A stretch of 62,670 nt of DNA, counting the filler, from Basidioascus undulatus (taxonomy: Eukaryota): assembly GCA_000826855.1 (NCBI GenBank). It is 12 parts of 12 records of this genome, joined end to end, with 100 filler letters (N's around TTAATTAATTAA, not from the genome) between each part and the next. Parts side by side here need not be neighbours in the genome. Positions count along the whole stretch, not along the records: positions 22,254 to 46,317 come from JTLS01000250.1; positions 46,418 to 49,590 come from JTLS01002500.1; positions 49,691 to 52,861 come from JTLS01002501.1; 9 more parts are not named here. One strand, 5' to 3'. The translations under genes and the position numbers were made by a program. A model generated the notes under the pieces. It worked only from the letters and a program-made list of their open reading frames with translations. It did no database searches and had not been told where the DNA came from. Shown piece after piece: positions 40,153 to 52,961 of this stretch; the first letter of the stretch is position 1; every line of letters starts with the position of its first letter.

Positions 40153-40348
40153 GAAACTAGTGCGACTGGTGAGTTTTTATGAAGTCCTGGGATATTTCGC
40201 CGTAATTCTTCTATAACACTACCCTGGGCCAGCCTTGTCAGGTTCGATCAGAAACTAATGCGACTGGTGAGTTTTTTAGGAAGTCCTGGGATATTCTTCG
40301 CCGTATTTTTATAACACTACTCTGGGCCAGCCTCGTCAGGTTCGATCC
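40153..40348 (+). repeat. Two-copy ~98-bp tandem duplication
   Basis: GAAACTARTGCGACTGGTGAGTTTT...GAAGTCCTGGGATATT...TATAACACTACYCTGGGCCAGCCTYGTCAGGTTCGATC at 40153-40250 and 40251-40348. Confidence 0.9.
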
Positions 40349-40579
40349 GGCTGTAGCAATGTCAAGGAAGCGTCCCAAGTCCATCCGCGGTGGATACTGT
40401 CGGTCCCTCCTGAGGGTAGGTATTCTGCTCTTACAAATTCTCCCGGTATTTGACTGGAACGGCGGTTCCACGGCCACCTGGCACACAAGTCCATGATGAG
40501 AACCCAACATTGCACTCCATAAACACTCGGCCGCTCGATCTCAGCCTGTCCCGCTTTCCTCTTTCCGTGTTTTCCCCTC

Positions 40580-41795
40580 GTGGCGCTGTCCTTTTGGACT
40601 GCCCCTTTCATCCCCCTTCTTGTATCTCATGGTCAGCTTCCAGCGAACTATTTGACGCCTTTCACCTTCTCTCAACCCGCCGCCCATCTGTCTTGATTTC
40701 ACCGCATAGCAGTCATGCTTCGTCTCCCGGCCTTCCGCCCTCTGTGCAACGAACATCCTACAAACCCGCATATTCCACCGGACGAGTTGTGCCATCTATT
40801 CTACCCGCCAGTACGACGACACTTGGAAAAGTCTAGTATTCACTCCTGAGGGGCCAATTTCGCGCGCACGTCGATACTCCCCGCGATGGAGGAGGCGTGG
40901 CAAGCTTGGTCTTGACCTTGCCGAGCTGGTACGAAGGAGGGGAGCTGGTTGTCAGAAAGGGCAGGGAGGAGGTGAAGTCGGGCTGCCCAGGTGAAGGTGA
41001 AATCGGTTGGACTGTGCGCCATGTCGTATGTTCCTTCCCTTCATCAGGCACGGTGAATGCTAGCCTACACAATGGGAAGGCTTTCCGTTGATGTCGAGCA
41101 CGAAATCTCCCCCATGACCTCCGGATACCGTCACACGATCACCTACAACCTCCACGTCGACACCTCCCCGACTGCATCTCCTTCTCCGTCGGCGTCGAGC
41201 GTCTCCGTCGACAACGATCTTCCGGATCGGGTTGGACAGACCCTCTCCTCATAGAACTTCCCGAATGGTGGAAAGATTGGATCTCTTTTGCATTTGATAA
41301 ACTTTCCTATTATGTTACCAGCTCAAAAGCGTTGACCCACAAATCTACCGCGCGGCCCTCTCTGCCGACCTCCCCGTCACTTTCCACTACATCAGTGACT
41401 GCCCCGCCGAGAACTGGTCCACCGCCAAGCTTGGGAGCTAGTGAAGGAACTCCGGCCTGAAGCCAAGGGGAAAGGCAAGGACTGCTTTAATGACGTGGAA
41501 TATGAGCTCAGGATTGTCCTTGAGGGTGCGCTCTACGCCCGTTCTGCTCGAGCCAACCGTGGCTTTTACGACGCGGACGTCGACGATCTTCAGCTCGACG
41601 GGAGAGTACGACCGAGTGCCGAATGGGGTTCCTTTCTATCACTCCGGAGTCATGCTCGTCGGTGAGATGGGAGACTTGAAGGAGACAGCGCTGCCGTTTC
41701 AACGCTCGGTTGCGTATAGGAATGAGTCATCTCTTGCAAGCGGATATGCTCGTATCATGCTGGTGGCGGAGTTACCTCCTGCTGCGGGTCCTTGA
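40580..41795 (+). pseudogene. 2OG-Fe(II) oxygenase pseudogene
   Basis: GQFRAHVDTPR..VASLVLTLPSWYEGGELVVR and DVEHEISPMTSGYRHTITYNL (HxD...H...R); premature stops at 40834-40836 and 41252-41254. Confidence 0.75.
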
Positions 41796-42410
41796 TCTAA
41801 TTAAGGTCAGCCACCGATCTTTCTCCTCTCCATCTTCCTTGCGAGACCCTGACGGATTGTCTCGCCAGCTTGCGGCACCTTTCTTTCCTTCACTGCGCTT
41901 TGATCCATGTCTCGCTCCCCTTTCAACCCTTGTGCAATAACAACTCTTCTTTTATATAAGACTTTCGACGAAGGAATACCGGCAAGATTTGGCAGCCATG
42001 CGCGCGCGACGAGCTCTAAGGGCAACCGGCACTACAGCCCGTCTGCCCTCCCAAGTGCACCCAGTGCCTGTCAGTGTAAGCGGGGCCGAGCCAAGAGCTA
42101 AGAATACTTGAAATGGATTAGGAGAAGTCTCAGTATGAGGATCTTCCAGCATTAAAACCAACACAGCTCGGATTATTCAGCGCCTTTCAAGGGTGTCCCC
42201 AGCTTCAATCAAACGTACGTGTCAGCCCTACCAAGTTGGTACGGCTGCAACGATGAGGGGTACGTCAGTGCCTGATTTATTTGCTTGCCCTTCAGGATCC
42301 ATGTCAAACTTGTTGGCAGGGATTGTCAACCGCGGGGGTTGCCGTGGCGGGCTGGCGCTGACAACCAGCTTTCCATACGCGCACCAAACTGAAAAAGCCG
42401 GCAAATCCAT

Positions 42411-44068
42411 TCATGCTTTCCACAGGCCGCCCATCTTATCGTAGAACGATGCACTGCCGACAAGCGTCTCGCCGTTCGCAATCGAGCCCTCCCAACCCGC
42501 GAAATCCCAGTCGACCCCGTAGGCGAGGCTCTCGTGCGCCTGGCACGTCTTGACAACTTCCCCTCCCGACCAGTCATCCGACAGGCGCACGACCTCAAAC
42601 CCACCGTGCATTGTCGCCAGCAGAACGTCGTGCGCTCGCGAGGGAGAGGGGTGGAACTTGGCCCGCCAGATACCGCCCGCTGTTGCGGTTGTCGAGAGCG
42701 GCCGAGCGGGGGATCGCGTGTCGAAGAGGTAGAGATGGGAGTCGTATCTTTCAACGTCGAGAACTTCAGTGGTAATCGGGAATGCGCAGGGCAAGGGAAG
42801 GGTAAATAAGCACAGTGACGCACGATCCAACGGCAAGGATATGCTCGTCGTGGGGTGAAGACTGAATCGTCGTCACGCCGCCGTCGAATCTGAATCACAC
42901 CCGAAATTTTCAAAAGCTGAAGAGGATTTAGAATATAAGTCGCAAGTACTAACCGTTTGTTGGTGAACGTCGGGCTCGTGGTCCCGACTCGCAGGTCCCA
43001 GCCCTTGAGCTTACAGTCGTCACCACCTGTGATTCCACGCTGTCGTTCAGCAGCGCGGCTCATGCGTCGGAATCTGCGGGTCGTATACTGGTGCACGTAC
43101 CCGTGAATACCACCTTTCCCGAGCTCCACTGGTCCCACGCCGCGATCCACGCTTCGAAGTCGTGCGCCTGCCACGTCTCGACGGGGCCCTCCCTCTCGGG
43201 GTCGACGAGGCAGACTTCGCCAGAAGAGAGGGAAGCAATCGGCTGCGGCCTGTCGAGTAGCGACGCCCCAAAGACGTGTCAGCGACGCTCACTTGAGCAT
43301 GGCCGGCGCGCGCACGAAGTCCGTGAGATGCGATCGGAATAGTCGAGCGATAGGGCGAGAACTCCAGGAGTTTTTGAGAGGGGGTGGGTTGAAGTTAATG
43401 TGAGCTTCCGAGACTTCAGCAAACCTTTCGCGTCAGTATTGTGATGGTTGAACAATGGACGGGGGCTGGGGATGGACGAACAGTGTGCGAGTAGACGTGC
43501 GTCGTCAGCCTGCCTAGAGCGTCGACCAGACTGAGGGTCGAAGCTTCATTTGAAGTCGGTGTGTGCGACCTATTATAGAGAAGTCAACGCCCACGCCAGA
43601 GCGGCAGAGGGTGACTGCTGTAACGCTTGTAAGGTGTGACGAACCATTTGATGTCCAGCGTGCCTGGCGTAGCCGTACGGGCGAGAAAATGGCTGGTTGT
43701 AAGCAAAGATATAAGGTTTAGTAAGCAGTGTTTTATCTTCACTCTCAAGCGGAAAACGGAGAAAGACACGGACAAGTTCTCCTTCCCTCCATCGTACACG
43801 ATGCACTCCCCCTCGCGCGTCTGGTTCGAGGATCGCCCGTCCGCAGCATCTGCGAGTTGGTACGTCCCGACCGCAAAGACGCGCGGGAGATGAGGACAGA
43901 ACTCCAGTGAGCATGCCGTGTGCGGAAACGTCGTGCGGGCAAGGAGCGGCTGCGGGAAGGCGGCGTTGTGAGCAAGACATGTGGATGGATGCGCTGGGCG
44001 CGTGAAGACTTCGAACGGACCGCTGAGTTTGGAGACCCGGTATCCTCCTTTGGCTCATAATTCGACAT
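42411..44068 (-). CDS. DPH7: WD40 diphthamide biosynthesis protein Dph7/Rrt2
   Basis: ACSLEFCP...AVGTYQL, TLDIKW, WQAHDFEAWIAAWD, TGGDDCKLKGWDLR, GGIWRAKFHP, TMHGGF, HESLAYGVDW, SASFYD. Confidence 0.92.
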
Positions 44069-44510
44069 GGTTATTCGATGGATTGAATAGAGAGTGAGCG
44101 AAGTTAGAAGCTGAAGGGGCGGAAGGGTTGAGGAAAGAAAAAGAATGCGGGCTCGCCGCGCCTTTGCATGAGGTTGCTGACTCAGCGTAGGCCGATAAGC
44201 GTTCGCTATCGTTGGCTATCGAGCTCGCAAGAGTATCCTTCAATGAGAATGTTTGTTCATGAGATGGGCATCTTTGTCAAGTGATATAAAACTGTTTGCG
44301 GTTTGTATTCCTCGATGTGAACGTAACCCGCCGGCCGTGGGGTGCTCACAACGCCTGGCTGCGGCCCAGAAACGACGTCATTTCGCGACCACGGCCTTAG
44401 ATGGAGCCGCTTCCCATGGCTCTTCCCAACTCAGCTTCTTTCCACCACCATCTCTATCGCATCCAAACACTCACAACCCAAACCAAACCAACACCCGCCT
44501 CATCCCAACA

Positions 44511-45108
44511 ATGTCTACCGGTGGTCCTCCTCCCGTTCGTCCACCCTTCCCCTTCCCACCTACGACGAAGGAACTGACCCGCTCGATGCGCATGCAGACC
44601 TCCAGCGCCCCCTTCGCTACCGCCGCAGGCCCCACGCCTGCAAGCAGAGAAACCACGTGCAACACGGGAACGTCTGCGAACCCCTTGCATGAGGAGGCCG
44701 CGAAGGGGACGGCGGCTGTGCAGAGGGGGGACCCGGACGCGAAGACGCAGGAGACGAAAATTGGGTTTAAGGATTAGGTGAAGGGACAGGCGAAGGTGAG
44801 TTTCGTTTACGTATTGAGGGCGCAAGAGCGGTGCAGGTGTGGATGATGGAGAGGAGAGAAGCGCGGGCTGATCTTCTGTTTATTCTGCCCTGCAGAAAAT
44901 CGCCGGGACTGTGTTCAAGAAAGTGAGTCCAACTGAACCGATTTGAGCGATGGTCTTTCAACCAAGATCTCTGACGGTTTGGGGGCACCAACAGCCGGAG
45001 GAGAAGCAGTTGGGCGAGCAGGTCTTGCGGGGCACGGACCCCGACGCCATCAAGATTGGAAAGCATTCGGCCCACCCGGATGAGGCGCCTCGTTCTGGTT
45101 CATCCTAA
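44511..45108 (+). CDS. Small hydrophilic (CsbD/LEA-like) protein with an in-frame TAG at 44775-44777
   Basis: Four exons with clean GT-AG introns giving MSTGGPPP|TSSAP...KIGFKD*VKGQAK|KIAGTVFKK|PEEKQLGEQVLRG...GSS*. Confidence 0.55.
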
Positions 45109-45694
45109 CGCGCGATATTGTTATGAGATTGACGACATATGAACATGACATGAACGACACGTCTGTCGTGGAAACCCCAGGAATTGGCCGGGTTGAGAAG
45201 TGGGCGTGCTCTCAGTCAGGGCCTGTATTGTTGCTTGGATTAACTTAACTTAATCTATAGAATACGCCTCGACCTCAATAGTTTCTTTTGTATGGTGTCG
45301 TGCGCGGTCAGTAGCGCTGCGAGACTCGATGCGTTTGAATTTCAACCCCACGACACTGCTGGTTCACACGCCGCTCGCCCTTGAGCGTGCGGAGACACAG
45401 TATGCAATTTCATGCGTATTACGAAACCTTCTTTCCCTAGGACCTTGCCGTGGTTCTATTGTCTCAAATTCAACAACTTTCATGCCATCTATCGTTTCTT
45501 GCGGCAAGAACGCAGGCTCAAGCAATCGTGAGCAATCTGGACTCCAGACTGTGGTCGGATAGTCCGCGGAAACTGCGTCCTTCCGACGGCCAACTTTCCC
45601 GCGCTGACCTGTGCTCGGCTTCTCTCCGCCACAGCTTGCCTTGGGCCTGCCTTCATTCAACACCTCCTTAGCTCATATTCTCAGCGCAACATAG

Positions 45695-46317
45695 ATGGGG
45701 AACGATCAGTCCCGTCAGCGCTCCTCCGGCGGCGGCGGTGGAGGGGAGCGAGGCGGGCCTGCAGACGTGGCGGATGATGGGCCCGCCGACGTGCGTTTAA
45801 TCCCCAGCCCGAGCGTGAGGGCTGTGAGGCGCTGACTCGAGCCGGATGGGACAGTACTACGCATTGCTCGCGGTTGAGGAGAGCGCTACGCAGGATGAGA
45901 TCAAGGTGCGCGTATTCAACCGCGTATGCTGCTGTGTTGTGCTGATTTGTTTGGGCGTGCAGAAAGCGTTCCGCAAACTAGCGCTCATCCGTGGGTCTTC
46001 GATGCACTTTTCTCCTACTTCCCTATCTAAGCGGCATGTAATATTCAGACCACCCCGACAAGAATCCGCAAAATCTCGAGGCTGCTACGCGCAAGTTCGC
46101 GCAGCTCCAGGCCGCATACGAGGTCCTCAGGTGCGTGTCTTCCCGCACAGGACACATTGTTTTGCGTTGAGATTGATTTTGGTGAAATTGCGTGGCACTG
46201 CAGCGATGAGCAGGAGCGAGCTTGGTACGACCAGCACCGGGACATCGCAGCCGAAGGCGGTAAGTGCGCTGTCTTGTTCGCCCTTCCAAATCTCGGCTGA
46301 GCATACCCCCCCCCCCC
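45695..46317 (+). CDS. JJJ1: J-domain protein Jjj1/DNAJC21-like, N-terminal fragment
   Basis: MGNDQS..., YYALLAVEESATQDEIK|KAFRKLAL..HPDKNP...FAQLQAAYEVL|SDEQERAWYDQHR. Confidence 0.8.
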
Positions 46318-46417
46318 NNNNNNNNNNNNNNNNNNNNNNNNNNNNNNNNNNNNNNNNNNNNTTAATTAATTAANNNNNNNNNNNNNNNNNNNNNNNNNNN
46401 NNNNNNNNNNNNNNNNN

Positions 46418-46737
46418 TTCTGCTCATATACCTACTCAGTGTGAAGAAAGACGACCAGATGTTACCCAGCCCCCCATGCCCCCCCGCCGCCCTAATCTCA
46501 CACGTTGGCCGGACCCCCACGCCCGCCCAGTCGACCGCACGCCGCCCCCCCTCAGTGACGATCTCGCGCCCGTCGTCGCCAACGTCGAGGAGCTGGCGGA
46601 AGAAGAGGTTGCAGGGCGCGAGGGAGGGCGAGTTCCGGCAGAGGTACGCCCACGTGCCGAACCTGGTTTGTTAGGGGGGTCAGCTGGGGAACGGAGGGGG
46701 GCAGGGGCAGGGGCAGGGCGGACGAGGTGGTTGTCAT
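46418..46737 (-). CDS. CHS7: Chitin synthase export chaperone (Chs7 family), N-terminal fragment
   Basis: After a short first exon and intron: FGTWAYLCRNSPSLAPCNLFFRQLL...GVGVRPTCEI...GGLGNI, resembling basidiomycete Chs7-family N-termini. Confidence 0.65.
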
Positions 46738-47695
46738 TGCTGGTTTCAGGAGAGGGAGACGTGAGGATGAAGAGAAAGGCAAGTGGGAGAGTAAGATATC
46801 GCAGGGACGGCGGGGGATGGACAGCCTGATGGAATGGCCGGGACAGGCGGACACCGGGGACAGGCGGACCGAGCGGAGCTGGGCGCTGTCGATCCTTTGT
46901 TACAGCGTGCAGGCGCGCGGGGCGGATTGGTACAACGAAGCGCGGGGAGGGGGTAGAGGAAAGAGGGCTGTCCAGCAGCAGACAAGGTATAGAGGAAAAC
47001 GAGTGAAAGTGCAGAGCACAGGATCGACTTTAGCGGTGAAGGTGAAAGAAGGGGCAAGCAGGGGGCGAGGAGGCGTTGCGTTGAGATAGATAGAGTCTGG
47101 CTGGCCAGGGCACAACACGTGGGTTTGCGTGCGGGGTGTCGGCTGTCAAGTCTGCGATATGCGCCTGCTGTTGCATCTCCGTCCATCGACTGCAAAGAAA
47201 AGGAGAGGAGATGAAAATTATCTCTTGAAATTTTGGAAGCGCACTGCGCAGCTGCACCTGCGATCTGCGACTCCCGGTAGGTATCGTGAGTTCCCGAGCG
47301 AGGCCAGCCAAAGCGCGGTGCTAACGCTGGGCTGGAACCGAACGCTGCACATGCCTCCTTGCGAGCCGATGTTCCCCTCCTCAGCTCATGCGCAGACGGG
47401 TCGGTCCAACGAGTGCAATGTTCACTCCGGATTGCAGCTTGATTCAAGGAAAGATGTGTCGTGTACACCGAAAAAGTAAAGGGTATGCTTGTGGCGGGCG
47501 AGGGTAATGAACGGCGGGAGGGGGTGGCGGGGTAAGGGAAATATAAAAGACGTCGTGTAAGGCGCGGAAGGTGTTTGCCGCGAGACAGATGATGGTGGTG
47601 GTCGTGGTAATGATGAGGAAGACGGAGGAAGGAAGAGCAAGGCGCCCTTGGGCAGCCATAGTCCATTAATGGGAGGTTGTTGCGTGGGTGGTAGA

Positions 47696-48154
47696 CTACG
47701 CTCGTTGACCTTGCCAGTCTGCTCCCCAAGCCCTCGTATCAGCATCCTTCCGTTTATCCCTCCTGCTCCCAATATAACAGGAAGGAGGTTGAACGCACTG
47801 CAGATTGGGCAGATGTAAATCTTATCCGCGGGGCAGGGAATAAGCGGTATCCAAACTATCCGTCCTCCCCCCAATGAGCTTCCTCCCTCTCCTCTCCTCC
47901 TCTTCTTCATCCCACACTCACAGAACTCGAACCAAGTCCTGGACTTCGCCGGGACCCTGCCCACCCAGCCCACCACAACTTAGTTTCGAAGCGGGAGTGT
48001 AGGACCTGTGAAAGTGCGGGGAGGTAGGGGGAGGGGGGGAGCGGACGCACACAGAGTAGTTGTGGCACCGCGGGCACTGGCCCGGCGCGCTCTGCCCCGC
48101 GGAAGAGTCTTGTTTGACTTTGGTCGGGCAGCCGAAGATGATGGGGATGCACAT
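47696..48154 (-). CDS. Small zinc-ribbon protein
   Basis: Spliced MCIPIIFGCPTKVK...CPRCHNYSV|..AKSRTWFEFC|WIPLIP...IYICPIC|NWQGQRA*; two CxxC pairs. Confidence 0.75.
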
Positions 48155-49264
48155 GGCGGGTCTGGTTGGCGGCGGGAGAGAGGAGAGCGGAGGTGGGTGA
48201 GGTTGCTCGGGTGGAGTTGAGCGTGGGTGAGATTAACCTGAGGCAATGAACGCGAGAGCCAGGATTGGAGAATGCGGGGGATGTGGATGAGATGCAGATG
48301 GATGAAGGACGAGGAGGAGGCCATGAAGGCGGATTGGGCCCCGACCGGAGGCAGGCCACGTGACCTGACGTCACATTCTGCGGCCCATGGCGGGGTCGTT
48401 TGAGCACATAACAAACGAGTGTCGGTGGGCTGTGAGAGCTGCGATGGACAGGGATGTGTGCTGTGTAGGTTATAGGCAAGGCAAGTAGTCGTGTGTGTAT
48501 GGAAGTGGGGGTGCGGGTGTAAGCGGTGTGTGTGTGTGCGAGGTGTGGGCGAACTCCGAGGGCCGCACTAAGAGGACTCCGACTCGGAAAACCAGGCTCG
48601 TCCTGTACAAGTGTGTTGCTGATGTTATTAAGACCGTATGGGGAAAGGATCAACCTGGGTTGGGAATGCGTGCTTCTGCGATTTCGGCCAACCAGTGTGC
48701 CGGACTGGCTGCGACTGCGTCGCGACCCCTGGCCCAAGTCGCCCGGTCGGCGAATCACTCCTTCTGCGAGTCTACCTGTCGATGTACGACAGTCCAAACC
48801 ACTTGACGTTGAAAAAATTGGCTTATTCAACGCTTCTGTCCGTAAGAGTAGCAGCGCACATGCTTGACAGCTCTCAGGCTGGCGTCGTGTTCCAAACCAG
48901 CGTTTGCGTCCGCGGCAGCAGGTGTTGGACCGTGAACTCGGACCACATCCCTCACTCTGGGTTTTTGTACACCCATTCTGGTGTAGTTTTCATGAAACTT
49001 AAAATATTTTGACAAGAGCAGTCTGCGGTCTTAAGAAACTTATTGGCAAGTCTTTGGCGCTTCTCCTGCTTCAACAAGCGCGTGGCCCTCACCTGAGACA
49101 TGGCCGCACCGCGTGTCGGCCCGCTCGCTCGAGGAAGACGTCCCTCGAGTCGACCGCTCTGGAGTCTCGGTTGACCATCTACCACGCTCGCCCCCTCGCT
49201 CACCCATCAACACTCATCCCCTTACACCCCACGCAGAGTCTACCCATTTCCCACCTCCCCAGAA

Positions 49265-49590
49265 ATGCTGGATATCTTCGAAATAGTGCACAAGGGTCCG
49301 TTCCCCCGCCCTTCTCCCTCCCCTCCCACGGACTCACCCTCCGCCCGATACGCAGGCGGTGTCGTCCTCTGGTCGCGCTCCTTCACGCCCGCGGCCGCCA
49401 CGCTCGCCGCGTCGCCCAACTCGCCCGTGAACCACCTCGTCCGTTCCGCCCTCATCGAGGGCCGCGTGAGCGGGAACGAGACCGAGCGCGACGGGTATAC
49501 CATCCGCTGGGCGGTCGAGAACAAGCTCGATCTCATCTTTGTCGTCCGTCCCCACTCCTCTTGCCTCCCCCCCCCCCCCCCCCCCTCCCC
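49265..49590 (+). CDS. SRP101: SRP receptor alpha subunit, N-terminal fragment
   Basis: MLDIFEIVHKG|GVVLWSRSFTP...SPVNHLVRSALIEGR...DGYTIRWAVENKLDLIFV. Confidence 0.9.
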
Positions 49591-49690
49591 NNNNNNNNNN
49601 NNNNNNNNNNNNNNNNNNNNNNNNNNNNNNNNNNTTAATTAATTAANNNNNNNNNNNNNNNNNNNNNNNNNNNNNNNNNNNNNNNNNNNN

Positions 49691-50434
49691 TGGGCTGAAA
49701 GGAGGGAGGGAGGGGGGCAGGGAGGCATACGAGAGCGTAAGCGAGGGAGAGGTAGCCCCCTAGGGAGTGGCCCGCCAGCACAAACGCCTTGATCCCCTGC
49801 GCCTTCCTCCATTCCTCCAACGAATCCACGAAAAAGTCCTCGGCCCTCCTAACCCTCTCCTCAACCGGCAGCTTCGCGCTGATCCCCGGAAAGGCGACGC
49901 GCTCGCTCCGTCCCATGCCGAGCCAGTCGAACGCCCACAGGCGCCCATTGCGCGCGTGCGCCGCCCGCCCCAGGTCCTCTAGGTTGCACATGAAGAACGC
50001 CAGGCCGGCGAGGTAGCCGTGGAGGAGGAGCGTGGGGGGGCGCTCCGCGGAGGGAGAAGGGGGAGGGTGCGCGCCGAGCGAGAGGGCGTTGATTTGCGCA
50101 TGGCGGTTGGGGTGCGTGGGGTGCGGGATTGTGGTGCGGTGGGGGATGGCGAGGAGCTCGGGCGTTGGTGGAAGGGTGGTGGGAGGGGAGGCGCGGTAGA
50201 AGGGGATTCGACTGCGGGGGAGGGTGAGAGGAAGGAGAAGGGGATGGAGGCGAGGGGAAGGACGCACGACAAGACCCGCTCCTCGGCCTCCTTGGATGTG
50301 CGCTCGTTGGAGGACCACCATGCGCGGAAGCTCTCCCAGAAGTTGGACGGGATGGCCGGGATCGGGATGTCCACAGTCGCTGCGCCCGAGGAGGACGCGA
50401 CCGCCGCGGCGCTGTCTGCTGCGGGGGAGGGCAT
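49691..50434 (-). CDS. Alpha/beta hydrolase of the Cld1/Ict1/ABHD4-5 family, N-terminal part
   Basis: LLLHGYLAGLAFF, AFDWLGMGRSER, AEDFFVDSLEEWRK, LAGHSLGGYLS (GxSxG). Confidence 0.9.
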
Positions 50435-51759
50435 GATGGGTGGGAGGCGGCGGGGGAGAGAGAGACGGGCCAGGGTGGGATGAGTGAGTGTATCGATTCT
50501 GACGGAGAAAGGAGGAGGAGGAGGGTGGCGAGAAGGCCTGGAGAGGTTCAGGAGGGCTGGGCGATTGCGTGGGCAAGATGCCGCTCGGCAGATCGGCAGC
50601 TTAGGGGAATAAGTGTGGATTGGTGTGGAGGTTGTTGAGTAAGAGACGCGTCCCAGGGCGCGTCGAATAAATGGACTGTGAGGCAGGACGGCCTCGCCGT
50701 AGTTTGAAAACCTGCTGGTCTGGCCAACGTTTGTGATGATCGATCGTATGGCAGACGGAGTTCGGCCTCCTCGGGCTGCTTGGAAGGGGCTTAGGTCTGC
50801 CGGGATCGGTCATCCAGAGGTGGGAGAGCTCGAGATGAGGGCGCGCCGAGAGCGAGATGGGAGGGGGAGACACAGCATTGATAAAAGCTCAAGGAAATGT
50901 ACGCTGAGAGGGTAGACGATTGTACCGTCCAGGAAATCAAGTTTCGACAGTAGCATGTCTGCACGGAGGCAGACAATGTGTCCGGCCTCTGTTCAAGGTC
51001 GTCCCGAGCCAGGCGGCGCCTCACTTCCCAGCGGTGGTCAACTTCGAGGCAAACCGGGAGAGGCTGTTGGTCAAGCAGGGAAAGGGAAGGGGAAGGAAAC
51101 CAGCCATCTGGATATGATAGGAAGAGAACGCTCAACAGGTTTCTTGCGGCAGGCCGGAGGCGGTCAGGAAGGCAGTCAGGGAGCAAAGGTGTCAAAATAG
51201 CAACGCTCCTGGCCTCGCAACGCTCGCAGCCCACAAACGGAGCCTAGAAGCAGCAGTTACTCATTTCCCGTGAGCTGTTCGAGAGCTTGGGTGGGTTGAT
51301 TCAAGCACTACGACAGGAAATCGATAGAGCACTGCTAACCAACCACCCCTCCTTCTTCCCCACTCCTCCAGCAAGCATTCTGGGCATCTTGTCCTTATGA
51401 CAAAAACGGGGAACAAAGTTCTCACAGAAATACTTGCGGCAAACTTGGGCACTGGGTCTCACGTGGAGGTTACTCAACTAGGGCCGCTAGCTCTCCCGCA
51501 GCGCGAGCGGGCCCACGAGCGTGTTTGCCCCCGACCAGACTCACACCGCAACCAGAACCGGTCAGACCGGTCAGACACACATATCCTATAGAATGTGGTA
51601 CAATCGTTTATTAAGAGAGCTGGGAGACTTCCGACTCAGTGGGCTTGCCTTCACCTGCGCCATCGTCAGCGCCACTTTGGCTCACTTTCCCCAAATTCAT
51701 GATCCTCAGCGCATGTCGCACAGCGGCGGTAATTCCACTGTTTAGTGTTCTGCTGTCCA

Positions 51760-52278
51760 TGAAAAAGTACCTACACTACTAGCGAAGAGCTGGCTCGTAT
51801 CATACGCTCGTGCCCGAATGTGCGCCGCCTCGAGCTCGTTCTGACTGCCAAGGGGGACCAGTAGAAAGTGGGGCCGGACTTCATTGACGCGCTGAAGACC
51901 CTGCGTCCAACTGAAGTCGTTATCGTACGGGAGCAATCTTTTGGAGAAGGCAACATACACTTCATACTCTCGAGCCTCAGCGCCCTTCTTTCCCTCTGGA
52001 CGCGAACGACACCCCTGCGCGAGCTTGCAATTGACGACAGCTACGGAAGCGGGCTCCCGCTCAGTCTTGCGGACGTTCATCTGCACACTGTGCGATTCTA
52101 CATATCCCCGACTTATCGTCCACGTCTCTTCGACTCGCTTATCAAAAACCCGCACCTTCTTCGACTCGAGGTGCGCAAGCATCCGAGGGAGCCCATCAGC
52201 TTCCTTGATCCCTCGAACGTCAAAAGCGCTGCGTGGAGGGCTCTGCAGCCTTGTGTGGAGATTGTCGATTTCGAATGA
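51760..52278 (+). pseudogene. F-box/RNI-like leucine-rich gene remnant
   Basis: LARIIRSCPNVRRLEL then an in-frame TAG, then ...PLRELAI...LIKNPHLLRLEV; upstream exons appear broken. Confidence 0.35.
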
Positions 52279-52961
52279 GCTTTTGCGCACCACGCTTCGA
52301 GTGTGGTAACTGGGAAAGAAAGAGAGATGGGCTCGTAGGGGTTGGAGGGTGTCAAAGGGGTCATTCTTGATATACGCACTGCACTTGCACAGTTTACACG
52401 AAGCAAGGAAATGTGGTAAAGCAATGAAACGGGCCAGACTTTTCTTGTGGTTGTTGGCGCTGCGAATAACTACCAAGTAGGCAGCACCGGTGGGTGTTAC
52501 CGTTTAATTCTGCGCTCCGTTCTCTTGTATCAACGCCAGTTTTCACAGACATTAATTTCTATGCCCAGAAGCAAAGATCCCTCAGCTGATCAGCTGAAGG
52601 CTGCCTTTTGTTTTTTCCCTGCAGGCAGGTGGCGGAAATTTGGCAGCCAGTGCTGCTGCTCATTGGCAGATTTTTTGACGGACCATCAACAGAATGCTCT
52701 TTACTGACATCAGGTCATAGCATATAAACTTGTCTGGCAATCCCACAAGAGAACTTCACTCAACAGTCCCTGGCAGCAGAAATACTGCAGCGGAACTTCC
52801 CACACTGACTCCCACAGTGAACGCAAGTCGGTGTCAATCACCCAAGGGAAAAAGTGAGGGGNNNNNNNNNNNNNNNNNNNNNNNNNNNNNNNNNNNNNNN
52901 NNNNNTTAATTAATTAANNNNNNNNNNNNNNNNNNNNNNNNNNNNNNNNNNNNNNNNNNNN

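Noticed and set aside
44775..44777. UAG reassigned to Gln
   Set aside because: TAG is the normal terminator of H4, ATG5 and LYS21 in this window.
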